64,000 nt of DNA from Bdellovibrionota bacterium (GTDB lineage Bacteria > Bdellovibrionota_G > JALEGL01 > DATDPG01): contig OY764265.1 in NCBI GenBank assembly GCA_963668355.1, positions 1,696,001 through 1,760,000 of the forward strand, in the 5' to 3' direction. The notes under the pieces were generated by a model. That model did not search any database. It saw only the letters and a program-made list of their open reading frames with translations, and had not been told where the DNA came from. Position 1 is the stretch's first letter. The number at the start of each line of letters is the position of its first letter. Positions 11,358 through 22,000 of the stretch are shown one piece after another. The translations under genes and the position numbers were made by a program.

Positions 11358-12650
11358 ATGAACGAAAAAAGAAATGAATCCATTTGCCCCAACCCCACGC
11401 TCAACGCCTTCGACAACGCGTTGTCCCAATTTGACTCGGCTGCGGAGGTCTTAAATCTGAAACCCAATCAGGTAGCTGTGATCAAACAGCCTCGACGGGT
11501 GACCGAAGTGAAGCTTCCCGTTCGCATGGACGATAGTTCCATCGAGGTGTTTACCGGCTATCGCGTTCAACACAATATTGCGCGTGGACCGGCCAAAGGG
11601 GGGATTCGTTTTCATCCGGATGTGAATATGGATGAGGTAAAGGCATTGGCTTTTTGGATGACCTTCAAATGCGCCCTGGTCAATGTGCCTTTTGGAGGAG
11701 GCAAGGGAGGGGTGGTCTGTGATCCGAGTAAGCTTTCTTTGGGTGAATTGGAGCGGCTCTCTCGAAGATACTTTGCTGAAATGATCGACCTTTTTGGTCC
11801 GGACCAGGATATCCCCGCTCCAGATGTGGGAACCAACCAACAGGTGATGTGCTGGTTTATGGACACGTATTCCATGCACCATCATTCGTTTTTACCGGCC
11901 GTAGTTACGGGAAAGCCTTTGGATTTGGGAGGCTCTGTGGGGCGGCAAGCAGCCACGGCACAAGGGGTTCTTTATACGACCCAAGCGGCATTAGAGCATT
12001 TGGGAATTTCCATGAAAGATGCTCGTGTGGCCATTCAAGGATTTGGCAATGTGGGGTCTTTTTCTGCCGAACTCTTTTCTGAGGCTGGGGCCAAGATTGT
12101 GGCCATTTCGGATGTGAGCGGGGCCTATGTGAATTCGAAGGGGATAAATGTCAAACACGCCTTGGAATATTTGGCCAAAGAACATTCGTTGGCGGGGTAT
12201 GACTCCAGTGGAGCAGCAGAAAAACTGGATGTGGCCAACCAGTTGCTGGAGTTGGATGTCGATATTCTGATTCCAGCTGCCTTGGAAAATCAGATTACTT
12301 CTGAGAATGCTGGAAGGATCAAGGCGAAAGTAATTTCCGAAGGTGCGAATGGCCCGGTGATTCCTGCGGCGGATCGCATCTTGAATGAGAAGGGCGTATT
12401 TGTGATTCCCGACATCTTATGCAACGCCGGAGGCGTGACGGTTTCTTATTTGGAGTGGGTTCAAAACCGTTCGGGCTATTATTGGACAGAGAATGACGTT
12501 CGAGAAGATCTGTCCCGAATGATGCAAGACTCATTTCGAGAAGTTTTGGCGACTTCCCAGCGGTATCGCGTGAGCATGAGAGTGGCCGCCTTCATTGTTG
12601 CCATTCAACGTGTGGTTCGAGCTTCTGAGATGAGAGGGTTGTATGCCTAA
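11358..12650 (+). CDS. gdhA: Glutamate dehydrogenase, catalytic subunit (Glu/Leu/Phe/Val family)
   Basis: GPAKGGIRF, MTFKCA, GGGKGG, PAPD, GFGNVG and EGANGP all intact; AAAGGA RBS before ATG 11358. Confidence 0.95.
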   Translation: MNEKRNESICPNPTLNAFDNALSQFDSAAEVLNLKPNQVAVIKQPRRVTEVKLPVRMDDSSIEVFTGYRVQHNIARGPAKGGIRFHPDVNMDEVKALAFWMTFKCALVNVPFGGGKGGVVCDPSKLSLGELERLSRRYFAEMIDLFGPDQDIPAPDVGTNQQVMCWFMDTYSMHHHSFLPAVVTGKPLDLGGSVGRQAATAQGVLYTTQAALEHLGISMKDARVAIQGFGNVGSFSAELFSEAGAKIVAISDVSGAYVNSKGINVKHALEYLAKEHSLAGYDSSGAAEKLDVANQLLELDVDILIPAALENQITSENAGRIKAKVISEGANGPVIPAADRILNEKGVFVIPDILCNAGGVTVSYLEWVQNRSGYYWTENDVREDLSRMMQDSFREVLATSQRYRVSMRVAAFIVAIQRVVRASEMRGLYA

Positions 12651-13929
12651 AGCCAAGGGGGAAACCTATCGGACGCTCCCCGGTTCTTTGCAAAATGTAA
12701 AAGGGGAGTTTCAGGCTGCGGCCAAATACTTGGGCTTGCCGGAAGATTTGATTCAATCGTTTGAACAACCTCAATATTCGGTTCGAATGAATCTGCCCGT
12801 GCGTATGGACAATGGAAAGATTCGAACGTTCACGGCATATCATTCCATTCACTCGACAAAAAAAGGCCCGGCCGTGGGAGGGATTCGATATCGCGAGGGG
12901 ATCGATCAAAAAATGGTGGATGCGTTTGCGTTTTGGTCGAGCAATCGATGTGCACTTTTAAATATTCCTTTTGGAGGGAGCTCAAGTGCTGTGGACTGTG
13001 ATCCGGCCACGTGTAGCGTTGGTGAGCTGGAGCGCATCACTAGAGCATTCGTGGTTTCCGCTTCTTCCTTTTTGGGACCTGACCATGATGTTTTGACATC
13101 CAATCATGGAACCAATCAACAGGTGATGTGCTGGATCATGGACACCTATTCTCGACATATGAAGAAACATTCTCCAGCCGTAGTGCTCGGTAAACCCTTG
13201 GATCTGGGGGGGATGCATACAAGCAATCATCCGGTAGCCGTAGGCGTTGAACTATGCATTCGTCGCGCAGCTGAAAAGTTGGGCATTCCCATTAAAGGCG
13301 CTCGCGTGGCCATCCAAGGCTTTGGTTCCGTGGGGGCACCCTTAGTGAAATCTCTTCACGACGCTGGCGCAAAAATTGTCGCCGTGGCAGATATTACGGG
13401 CGCTTACGTGAATGAAGATGGGATCAATGTAGATGAGCTTTTATGGCATCGAGATTCATACGGAATGCTTTATGGGGCCGAGTCAGAGCTGAATGTCGAG
13501 AAAATGGAAGACCCTTTTGGGGTTTTTGAACTTCCGGTGGATATTTTGATTCCCGCAGCGGTGGAATTGCAAATCACAGAAGAAAATGTGGATCGGGTGA
13601 ACGCAAAAATCATTGCGGAAGTGGCTTTTGACCCCATTTCCCCTGAAGCTGATCGAGCCTTGGCCAAAAGAGGGGTTTGGGTCATTCCCGATATTTTGTG
13701 TAATTCGGGAGGGGTGAGTGGAAACTATCTGGAATGGGTGCAAAACCGGATGGGGTATTACTGGAAATCGAATCGTGTAACCCAAGAAATTGAACGTTTG
13801 GTTGGGCAAGCCTTTGATGCCTGTTCCAAGGTGATGGTGAAGGAAGGCATTCCCATGAGGTTGGCCGCAAGTGTTTGCGCCGTTCGAGGCGTGGTCAGAG
13901 CTGCAGAAATGCGAGGTTCTCATGTCTGA
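12643..13929 (+). CDS. Glutamate dehydrogenase paralog lacking catalytic residues (pseudo-enzyme, probable regulatory subunit)
   Basis: Full-length GDH fold, but motifs read GPAVGG, SSNRCA, GGSSSA and LTSN; Rossmann GFGSVG kept; 8 nt overlap with the upstream gdh. Confidence 0.88.
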   Translation: MPKAKGETYRTLPGSLQNVKGEFQAAAKYLGLPEDLIQSFEQPQYSVRMNLPVRMDNGKIRTFTAYHSIHSTKKGPAVGGIRYREGIDQKMVDAFAFWSSNRCALLNIPFGGSSSAVDCDPATCSVGELERITRAFVVSASSFLGPDHDVLTSNHGTNQQVMCWIMDTYSRHMKKHSPAVVLGKPLDLGGMHTSNHPVAVGVELCIRRAAEKLGIPIKGARVAIQGFGSVGAPLVKSLHDAGAKIVAVADITGAYVNEDGINVDELLWHRDSYGMLYGAESELNVEKMEDPFGVFELPVDILIPAAVELQITEENVDRVNAKIIAEVAFDPISPEADRALAKRGVWVIPDILCNSGGVSGNYLEWVQNRMGYYWKSNRVTQEIERLVGQAFDACSKVMVKEGIPMRLAASVCAVRGVVRAAEMRGSHV

Positions 13930-15688
13930 ATTGATGTTTTTGGAGCTTGGAAAAGGTGAGGTTGGTGGAAAAGGGCGCGGCTTAAAACGTCTTCAAGAAA
14001 TCGTTACGAATTGGAAGGAGGGTTCCCAAGAAAATCCATGTGCGGACTTCATTGATCTACCGTTGACGATTTTGGGGACGACCGAAATTTTTCAAGATTT
14101 TCTTCATGAGAACCAACTGGAAGAAGACTGTCGAACGCTCGAATCTCATCCGGATCATGATTGCAAGCCCCTTCAAGAACGCATTGAGCAGGGAAGAATT
14201 CCTGAAAAATGGAAGCAGGAATTCTCTTCCTTGTTGGAAAAATTGAAATCTCCTTTGGCCATTCGCTCATCTTCTTTGTTGGAGGATCAGAAGGGAGCAG
14301 CTTTTGCCGGGAAGTATGAGTCGATACTCATTGGAAACCAAGGGTCACTGGAAAAACGTTTGGATGATTTTGAAAAAGCTCTGAAAACGGTTTTTGCTTC
14401 GACCTTCAACTCCAATGCGCTTTCATATCGTGAAAAGCATGACTTTCTGGACACTCGGGAAGAAATGGCTGTTGTGATTCAGGAAGTAGTGGGCCGAAAG
14501 TTTGGTCACTATTTTTTGCCGGCCATGGCAGGCGTTGGGTTTACGCAAAACGGATATTGCTGGACCGATGATATTAAAAGATCCGATGGTTTGGTTCGCC
14601 TCGTCTTTGGTTTGGGCCAGGCAGCCGTTGGTCGTGGTTACGTGCGGCTTTTTCCTCCTCCCAAACCGTCTCTTCGCCCAGAGGGAACCGAAGTGAACAA
14701 TATTCAAAAGTGTTCCCAAAAAAAAGTCTATGTTGTGGATCTGGAAACCAGTGAACTCAAATCCATTCACTTTAGAGAATTGGTTCCGGATGGATACAGC
14801 TGTTTTCCGGGGGCTGAATCCATGGTTTCCTTGAAAGACGGCTCCTACCTCTATCAACCGGTTTCTCATCTTTGGGATTCATCTCATATTCCTGTGTTAA
14901 CCATGGATGGCGTACTGGAACATAAGTGGATGAATATGGATCTGCCCCAAGTTTTAGGATGGCTTCTTCGAAATTTGGAAAAAGAGATGGGACATCCCAT
15001 GGATATCGAGTTTGCTGTTGAGCACGATGAGGAAACCAAAGTAGGAAAAGTTTTTGTCCTTCAAGCGAGACCCTTAAGTGAACGTCAAGGGGAGTTGGTT
15101 GAAATTCCAAAGGATCTTCCCGAAGAAGATTGTCTCATCCACTTAAAACGAAATCTCCCCACGGCCTATGTGCAAGATATGGAATATCTGGTGATCGTGG
15201 ATGAGGATGGGTACCGGGACTGGTCTTATCGAGAGAAACCCACGGTTGCGCGAATGATTGGAAAAATTAACGATCGACTGAAAGGTAAAAAGTTTGCTCT
15301 GGTGGGGCCTGGCAGATGGGGATCTTGGAATCCTCAGCTAGGTGTTCCTGTGAACTACTCTGAAATCTGCAATTGCTCGATGTTGATTGAGGTCGCGCGA
15401 CGAGAAGGGGGCTTTTTGCCCGAAGTGTCCTTTGGATCGCACTTTTTCCAAGACCTCATTGAAGACGGAATTGCTTATTTACCTGTTCACCCGGGAGAAC
15501 CCATGGTGGATTACCAAGAGGGATTTGTGGAGGGGAAAAACATTCTTTCGGAACTTATGGGAAAAGATTTGACGGAAGCTTTTGAGAATTTGATTCGTGT
15601 GATTCATCTCCCGGAGGCCACGCAGGGGAAGTATGCGCATGCGATTCTTAATGGGGAGCGAGGGGAAGCCATCCTGTTCTTAAAATAA
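13922..15688 (+). CDS. PEP synthase/PPDK N-terminal ATP-grasp domain protein, no pyruvate-binding barrel
   Basis: GGKG, AIRSSSLLED...FAGKY, MAVVIQEVVG, FGLG, DIEFA and LQARP motifs; C-terminal domain with GPGRWGS and SFGSHFFQ; 8 nt overlap with the previous gene. Confidence 0.85.
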   Translation: MSELMFLELGKGEVGGKGRGLKRLQEIVTNWKEGSQENPCADFIDLPLTILGTTEIFQDFLHENQLEEDCRTLESHPDHDCKPLQERIEQGRIPEKWKQEFSSLLEKLKSPLAIRSSSLLEDQKGAAFAGKYESILIGNQGSLEKRLDDFEKALKTVFASTFNSNALSYREKHDFLDTREEMAVVIQEVVGRKFGHYFLPAMAGVGFTQNGYCWTDDIKRSDGLVRLVFGLGQAAVGRGYVRLFPPPKPSLRPEGTEVNNIQKCSQKKVYVVDLETSELKSIHFRELVPDGYSCFPGAESMVSLKDGSYLYQPVSHLWDSSHIPVLTMDGVLEHKWMNMDLPQVLGWLLRNLEKEMGHPMDIEFAVEHDEETKVGKVFVLQARPLSERQGELVEIPKDLPEEDCLIHLKRNLPTAYVQDMEYLVIVDEDGYRDWSYREKPTVARMIGKINDRLKGKKFALVGPGRWGSWNPQLGVPVNYSEICNCSMLIEVARREGGFLPEVSFGSHFFQDLIEDGIAYLPVHPGEPMVDYQEGFVEGKNILSELMGKDLTEAFENLIRVIHLPEATQGKYAHAILNGERGEAILFLK

Positions 15689-15689
15689 A

Positions 15690-15841
15690 ACAGGGCTTCG
15701 TTCATCGAATTCACACACAAAATCGAGTTTCTTCCCTCGAAAAAGAACCCCTCCTTCGACCGAAAAGTCCCTTAGGTCTGTTTCCCTAAGGAAAAACGGT
15801 TTGGCCTTGGTGTGCAAATAGGCGACTTTGCGAAGCCCTGT
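15690..15841. other. Structured intergenic region closed by an 11 bp perfect inverted repeat
   Basis: ACAGGGCTTCG (15690-15700) and CGAAGCCCTGT (15831-15841) enclose internal hairpins TCGAG/CTCGA and CCTTAGG/CCTAAGG. Confidence 0.45.
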
Positions 15842-16004
15842 CCGTTAAGAGTGGGAGAAACATATCCCAAAAAATTCATGTTTCAACAAAAATAAGACAT
15901 AAGATGTGCAAAAATGCCCTATAAGCAGGGCTGTTCTTGGGGTTTTTGTGTCTCGTTTAAGATGATGCCTTGCGCCATCATGGCGGTCCATGTAAAAGGC
16001 CGTC

Positions 16005-16976
16005 ATGCGAAACCGGGTCATACTTTTTCTCGTTCTTTGTTTGTTTCCGAGCCTTCTTTTGGCTGACGAGCGACTTTCGCTTGAGATAACTGCGCTTGAA
16101 GAAGAGGCCGCCGAAGGAGGGGCGGAAATTATTGAGAACGAAGGCCTTCCATTTATTCGATTAGAAAATGATTCACGGGATTTCGCCATTCTTCCCATGG
16201 GGCTCTTTTATCGTCTGGAAGAAGTTCGAAAGATTTCTGGCCCTCAGTTTCAAGGGGAAAACTTGGAGATTGGTGAGCCGTTTAAAATGGAATTTCGGGC
16301 TCGCTGGAGAAAGTGGGGGACGTTAGAAACCAAGCGTTTTGATCGTTTTTTGAGGCAGTACTCGTCTCCAAGTTCGAATCGTGAATTCATTCTGTTTTTG
16401 TATGATCGCTTTTTCTTCGCGGTTGACGATATGGGGGTGGGCGTCGTGCCGAAATTTCACTACGTTTTGCCGAGGGCTGATTTAGGTGGGCCTCTTCCAG
16501 AATTTCATTCCCTTTTTTCCTCAATGGAACTCATTCAAGAAAAACGAAGACGTCGATCATCCGTATTTCGAGACGCTGTCGAATTTACTTCGGAACTTGT
16601 GACGGAGGAAACCGAAGAGGGCTATTTCGATTATTACCAAGTGGATGTTCTGGGTAAGGTAGTCGTGAATCGGGAGAATTTCCGAATTCTACATGCGGTT
16701 TCCGATATGCATTTCGATATGTATTTAAGGCCCTTTAACGAAGATGCAGCTAGCAGCTTGGCCTTGTTTCTCAATGTTGCCCGAGAACCCATCGGGAAAG
16801 TCCCATTGCTTTCCAATGTGGTTGTTTCTTCTGAAGATTTTGAGCACCCTTCCCAAAAAGATACGATGATGTTTCTAAACAGCTACTTTGAAGATGAGAA
16901 CTTTGATTCCACATATTCTCACACGGATTTATTGGAGATGATGCAAAGCTTAATCAAGCAAATTCCCAATCATTGA
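16005..16976 (+). CDS. Hypothetical exported protein
   Basis: 323 aa ORF with signal peptide; no family recognised. Confidence 0.7.
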   Translation: MRNRVILFLVLCLFPSLLLADERLSLEITALEEEAAEGGAEIIENEGLPFIRLENDSRDFAILPMGLFYRLEEVRKISGPQFQGENLEIGEPFKMEFRARWRKWGTLETKRFDRFLRQYSSPSSNREFILFLYDRFFFAVDDMGVGVVPKFHYVLPRADLGGPLPEFHSLFSSMELIQEKRRRRSSVFRDAVEFTSELVTEETEEGYFDYYQVDVLGKVVVNRENFRILHAVSDMHFDMYLRPFNEDAASSLALFLNVAREPIGKVPLLSNVVVSSEDFEHPSQKDTMMFLNSYFEDENFDSTYSHTDLLEMMQSLIKQIPNH

Positions 16977-16984
16977 GTGGAAGA

Positions 16985-18223
16985 TTATTTTACTTCCGCC
17001 CAGACCCGTTTCCCAACCTTAATGAAGGTTCCCGTTTCCAAATTCAGGGGGTCCTTGAGAGATTTTATGATTTGGGCTTGCGTGACGTCCCCTCCAATGG
17101 GGATGACTTTTACCGCTCCTTGCGCAATGAGACGGTTAGCCTCGGAGGAGGATTTGGCCAAACCATGTTTCGCAAGGTATTGGGGCCATGCCATATTGGT
17201 TTCTGGCATTGGAATCATTTTTCGATCCTCGGGAATTCTTTTTTGCGCAAACTGGGCATCAAAATCATCGTTGGCTTTTTGTGCGGCATCTTTCCCATGA
17301 TAGCGTTCAATGATCATTCGGGCTAAGTCGGCCTTGATGTTGCGTGGGTTTTTCTTTCCCGCCGCAATATCGGAAGTGAGGGAGATGAGTTCTTGATTGG
17401 GGATGTCTGTGAGGAGCTCGTAATACCGAAGCATGAGATCGTCGGAGATGCTCATGATTTTGCCGAACATCTCTTTGGGAGGTTCCGTGATGCCAATGTA
17501 GTTGTTCAAAGACTTGGACATCTTTTTGATGCCGTCCAGTCCTTCTAAGATGGGCATGGTCAAAATCACTTGGGGTTCTTGTCCCACGGCTTTCTGGATT
17601 TCACGCCCCACAAGGAGATTAAACTTTTGATCCGTTCCGCCTAACTCAATGTCGGCCTTTAACGCCACTGAATCGTAGCCTTGGACAAGGGGATACATAA
17701 ATTCTCGAATGGAAATGGGTTGCTCGCCTTCGTAACGTTTGTGGAAGTCGTCGCGTTCCAGCATTCGGGCTACCGTGTAATGAGTGGATAGCTCGATCAG
17801 TTCGGCGGCTGACATTTGTTCCATCCATCGGCTGTTGAAATCAATAACCGTTTCCTCTGCATCTAAGATTTTAAAGACTTGTTCTTTATAGGTTTGGGCA
17901 TTTTTTTGGACATCTTCTCGCGTCATCGCTTTTCGCGTTTCCGTTCGACCGGAGGGATCTCCAATCATTCCCGTGAAATCACCAATCAGGAAAACGACGG
18001 TGTGCCCGAGTTGCTGAAATTGCCGCATTTTTTGCAATAGAACGGTGTGTCCGACGTGGAGGTCTGGTGCTGTTGGATCAAATCCGGTTTTTACGATGAG
18101 CGGGGTGGCATTTCGATACGATTTTTCAAGTTTGGCCTCAAGTTCCTTCTCGGGAAGGATTTCAGCCGTGCCGCGTTGAATCAGAGTCAGTTGTTCTTTT
18201 ACCGGAGCAAATTTTTTCGTCAT
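16985..18223 (-). CDS. tyrS: Tyrosine--tRNA ligase
   Basis: [33 protein letters not shown] and a C-terminal S4-like domain. Confidence 0.97.
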   Translation of the reverse strand: MTKKFAPVKEQLTLIQRGTAEILPEKELEAKLEKSYRNATPLIVKTGFDPTAPDLHVGHTVLLQKMRQFQQLGHTVVFLIGDFTGMIGDPSGRTETRKAMTREDVQKNAQTYKEQVFKILDAEETVIDFNSRWMEQMSAAELIELSTHYTVARMLERDDFHKRYEGEQPISIREFMYPLVQGYDSVALKADIELGGTDQKFNLLVGREIQKAVGQEPQVILTMPILEGLDGIKKMSKSLNNYIGITEPPKEMFGKIMSISDDLMLRYYELLTDIPNQELISLTSDIAAGKKNPRNIKADLARMIIERYHGKDAAQKANDDFDAQFAQKRIPEDRKMIPMPETNMAWPQYLAKHGLAKSSSEANRLIAQGAVKVIPIGGDVTQAQIIKSLKDPLNLETGTFIKVGKRVWAEVK

Positions 18224-18372
18224 TTCGCTTCGGACGATAACACACCTGCGAGATTCAGAAAATTCGATAGCCGAACGGGTTCGAATCCGATAACCTCCTA
18301 ATTTCATTGGGCCCGATGGTTCTTACAAAACATCCGGAGCAAGTTTGAATGTTTATAAGGAGACTTAACTCT

Positions 18373-19518
18373 ATGAAGCGAAACGGTTGGTTAGTTTTAG
18401 GAATTTTCAGCTTTTGTTCAATGGGCCTCATATGGGGTTGCAAAGAAGGGGCAAAGGCTCCTGGAACATCTGAAATGGTGGCAGAGCCCGTTCGCTGTGA
18501 AGCCGAGGTCAAACCCGAAACGCTGGCTTTTATTGGAAAAGAGCCTGTGACCATGAAAGATTTGAACCAGGCAGATGTGGATATGGCCTTGAAGCAACAG
18601 GCTTTTGAGGCACAAGAAAATTATCTGCAGGGTCGGGAGGCCTTGCTTGCCGACTTTATTTTTCAGATGCTTGTAGAAAAAGAGGCCAAAGCCAAAGGCA
18701 TTTCTTCGGAAGAGCTGGTCAAAAAGGAAGTCGAAAATAAAATCGCCAAAGTCTCGGAAAGTGAAGTCAAGGCCTACTACGATCAAATTGCGGGGGAACG
18801 AAAAAAAGCAAAACGATCCACACCGCCTTTGGATAAAGTGGCCCCTCAGGTTCGGGCACATTTGGAAAATGAGGCCATGACCACACAGAAGGAAAAATAT
18901 TTTGCCTCTCTGCGTAAGAAGTATGACGTAAAATATGTCGAAACGGATTCGGGCTTAAGTAAGCCTCGATATAAAGTTGCGATAGGTGACTTGCCTTTGA
19001 AGGGCGATGCGAAAGCTCCCATCACGATTGTTGAATTCTCTGAGTTTGAGTGTCCTTATTGTGGTCGAGGAACCAAAACGGTTGCTGACGTTTTGAAAGC
19101 CTATAAAGGTTTGGTTAAATTGCATTTTCGAGATTTTCCCTTGGACTTTCATAAGAACGCGAAATTGGCTGGAATCGCAGGACATTGCGCGGCCTCTCAG
19201 GAAAAGTTCTGGGAACTTCACGACAAAATGTTCGACAATCGCACGAAACTTCAGAGAAAAGACCTCGTTGGGTATGCAAAGGGCTTGGGGCTAGATATGC
19301 CGGCTTTCGAGAAATGTTTGGATGACCCTGCGATGGCCAAGAAGGTCGAAGATAATATGGATGCGGGCAAAAAACTGGGCATTCGTGGCGTTCCCGCTTT
19401 TTTCATCAATGGGGTGAAATTGGGAGGTGCGGTTCCTTTCGAAGAGTTTGAGAAAGTAATTGATGAGGAACTGAAAGCTCTAGGGATTGAGAAACCTAAA
19501 AAGAAAGTAATGCCTTAG
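18373..19518 (+). CDS. DsbA/thioredoxin-fold protein with N-terminal SurA-like helical region, probable lipoprotein
   Basis: [15 protein letters not shown] and GVPAFFING motifs; IWGC lipobox. Confidence 0.9.
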   Translation: MKRNGWLVLGIFSFCSMGLIWGCKEGAKAPGTSEMVAEPVRCEAEVKPETLAFIGKEPVTMKDLNQADVDMALKQQAFEAQENYLQGREALLADFIFQMLVEKEAKAKGISSEELVKKEVENKIAKVSESEVKAYYDQIAGERKKAKRSTPPLDKVAPQVRAHLENEAMTTQKEKYFASLRKKYDVKYVETDSGLSKPRYKVAIGDLPLKGDAKAPITIVEFSEFECPYCGRGTKTVADVLKAYKGLVKLHFRDFPLDFHKNAKLAGIAGHCAASQEKFWELHDKMFDNRTKLQRKDLVGYAKGLGLDMPAFEKCLDDPAMAKKVEDNMDAGKKLGIRGVPAFFINGVKLGGAVPFEEFEKVIDEELKALGIEKPKKKVMP

Positions 19519-19541
19519 GAATAATACTGCTGGAGGGAATT

Positions 19542-21983
19542 ATGGCTGACCATTCGACAGAAAATGTAAAAATACCTGAATCTCTTCCACTCCTTCCCGT
19601 AAAGGATGTGGTGCTATTCCCGTACGTGATCCTGCCGCTGTTCGTGGGACGAGAAACCTCGATTCAGGCCGTAGAAGCGGCTTTGGCAAAAGATCGACTG
19701 CTCTTTTTGGCCGCACAAAAAGATGTGCAAGCGGAAGTGGTAACGCCGGAAGGAATCAATGAAATTGGTTGTGTCGGCATGATCATGCGGATGCACAAGC
19801 TTCCGGTCCCTGATGGTCGGATTAAAATATTGGTTCAGGGAATGCGACGAGCCAAGATTCAGGAATATGTGCAAGAGAATCCGAATTATTATGTTCGAAC
19901 CAAATTGGTTGAAGAACCCGATATCTCGGATCGTCGAGTCGAAATTGAAGCCATGATGAGAACGATCAAGGAAGTTTTAGAAAAAATCGTTTCGCATGGA
20001 AAAATTCTCTCCCCAGAGATTTTAATTGTTCTGGATGATGTAACTGACCCAGGGCGTTTAGCGGACTTAGTGGCTTCTTATCTGGGACTTCGCGTGGACG
20101 AGGCGCAGCCCATCTTGGAAATGGCGGACCCTCAAGATCGATTGAAAGCGGTTCTCAGCTATCTTCACAAGGAACTGGACATTCTTTCGGTTCAAAACAA
20201 GATTCAGAACCAAGCCAAGGGTGAGATGTCTCGCATTCAGCGGGAGTACTATCTTCGTGAACAATTGCGCGCAATCAAGACCGAGCTGGGCGATGTCGAC
20301 ACCAAGGGTGAAGAAATCGCAAACTTTCAAGATAAGATTCGGGATTCGAAAATGCCCGAGGATGTTGAGGAAGAAGCTCTCAAGCAATTGCGTCGTTTGG
20401 AAGGAATGAATCAAGATGCGGCCGAGGCTTCGATTGTTCGAACGTACTTGGATTGGCTGGTTGAGCTTCCTTGGAGCAAAGCATCCAAAGACAATATCGA
20501 TTTAAAAAAGGCGAAGGAAATTTTGGATGAAGATCATTTCGATCTGGAGAAGGTCAAAGATCGGATCCTGGAATTTTTGGGTGTAACCAAATTGCGTAAA
20601 AAATTACGGGGTCCCATCCTATGTTTTGCGGGCCCTCCGGGAGTGGGAAAAACTTCGTTAGGAAAGTCCATCGCCCGGTCCATGGGAAGGGAGTTTGTTC
20701 GGATCTCACTAGGGGGAATGCGGGACGAAGCTGAAATTCGTGGTCATCGCCGGACCTATGTGGGCGCGCTTCCAGGCCGAATTATTCAAGGAATGAAGCA
20801 AGCCGGAACACGCAATCCCGTTTTTATGCTGGATGAAGTGGATAAACTCGGCGCTGATTTTCGTGGAGATCCTTCCTCAGCGTTGTTGGAAGTGTTGGAT
20901 CCTGAGCAAAACTTTGCTTTTCGAGATCATTATTTGAATCTTTCATTTGATCTTTCGCATGTCATGTTCATTGCAACCGCGAATCTCGTAGATCCGATCA
21001 TCCCTGCTTTGAGGGACCGAATGGAGATCATCGATCTTCCTGGTTATAGCCAAGAAGAGAAGAAAGAGATTTGTCATCGTTTTCTGATTCCCAAGCAAGT
21101 GGAAGAAAATGGAATTACAGAAAAACATTATGAATTGATGGACTCTGCTTTGGAAATGTTGATCGATCAGTACACGCGGGAATCAGGTTTGAGAAATATG
21201 GAGCGGGAATTGGCGGCCGTATTTCGAAAAGTGGCCAAGCGAGTTGCTGAGGGTGAGAAAGATCGTTTCAAAATTACCACAAAAAACCTCCCAGACCTTC
21301 TCGGACCGCCCAAATATCTTCCCGAAGCTGATCTGAAAGAAGATGAAGTGGGTGTGGTTACGGGGTTGGCCTGGACTCAATTTGGAGGAGAAATTCTGCA
21401 TGTTGAGGCCACTCTGATGAAAGGGAAAGGAACGCTAACGTTAACAGGACATTTAGGCGATGTGATGAAAGAGTCCGCTCGAGCCGCTCTCTCCTATGCG
21501 CGTTCTCGCTCAAAAGAACTCGGAATTAAGGATACCGTTTTTACGAATATGGATATTCACATTCATGTTCCTGCGGGTGCGATTCCAAAAGACGGTCCCT
21601 CTGCGGGTATTACGATGGCTACAGCGTTGGTTTCGGCCATGTTGGGGAAACCCGTGGATCGCGAACTTGCGATGACCGGTGAAATCACCTTACGTGGACA
21701 TGTGTTGCCCATTGGAGGGGTGAAGGAGAAGGTTTTAGCTGCGCGTCGTTCCAAGATCAAACGTGTTCTCATTCCCCAACGAAATGAGAAAGATTTGGTC
21801 GAAGTGCCGGAACATTATCTGAAGGGAATGGACATTATTCCTGTGGCTACGGTGGATGATGTATTTAGGTACGCATTCACGTCTCCAAAAAAGAAGGATG
21901 TTGCGAAGGGTGGAAAGTCCGCCCCCAAAAAGGAAAAGAGCCAAAAATCCCATGGCTCAAAAGTGCGTCACGCATCGCTTTAG
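19542..21983 (+). CDS. lon: ATP-dependent Lon protease
   Basis: LON N domain, [15 protein letters not shown] and PKDGPSAG. Confidence 0.98.
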   Translation: MADHSTENVKIPESLPLLPVKDVVLFPYVILPLFVGRETSIQAVEAALAKDRLLFLAAQKDVQAEVVTPEGINEIGCVGMIMRMHKLPVPDGRIKILVQGMRRAKIQEYVQENPNYYVRTKLVEEPDISDRRVEIEAMMRTIKEVLEKIVSHGKILSPEILIVLDDVTDPGRLADLVASYLGLRVDEAQPILEMADPQDRLKAVLSYLHKELDILSVQNKIQNQAKGEMSRIQREYYLREQLRAIKTELGDVDTKGEEIANFQDKIRDSKMPEDVEEEALKQLRRLEGMNQDAAEASIVRTYLDWLVELPWSKASKDNIDLKKAKEILDEDHFDLEKVKDRILEFLGVTKLRKKLRGPILCFAGPPGVGKTSLGKSIARSMGREFVRISLGGMRDEAEIRGHRRTYVGALPGRIIQGMKQAGTRNPVFMLDEVDKLGADFRGDPSSALLEVLDPEQNFAFRDHYLNLSFDLSHVMFIATANLVDPIIPALRDRMEIIDLPGYSQEEKKEICHRFLIPKQVEENGITEKHYELMDSALEMLIDQYTRESGLRNMERELAAVFRKVAKRVAEGEKDRFKITTKNLPDLLGPPKYLPEADLKEDEVGVVTGLAWTQFGGEILHVEATLMKGKGTLTLTGHLGDVMKESARAALSYARSRSKELGIKDTVFTNMDIHIHVPAGAIPKDGPSAGITMATALVSAMLGKPVDRELAMTGEITLRGHVLPIGGVKEKVLAARRSKIKRVLIPQRNEKDLVEVPEHYLKGMDIIPVATVDDVFRYAFTSPKKKDVAKGGKSAPKKEKSQKSHGSKVRHASL

Positions 21984-22000
21984 GAGGCTTTTAATCAAAG

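Noticed and set aside
12643..13929. Pseudogene call for the second gdh
   Set aside because: Full-length open frame, coupled overlaps on both sides, and losses focused on the active site indicate a maintained pseudo-enzyme.
15690..15841. c-di-GMP-I riboswitch (GGCCAAACC...GAAA on the minus strand)
   Set aside because: Lacks the GACGCAAAGC junction and P2 motif, and is not upstream of a same-strand gene.
18277..18288. tRNA T-loop-like GGGTTCGAATCC upstream of tyrS
   Set aside because: The T-stem does not pair beyond 2 bp, no cloverleaf forms, and no T-box motif was seen.
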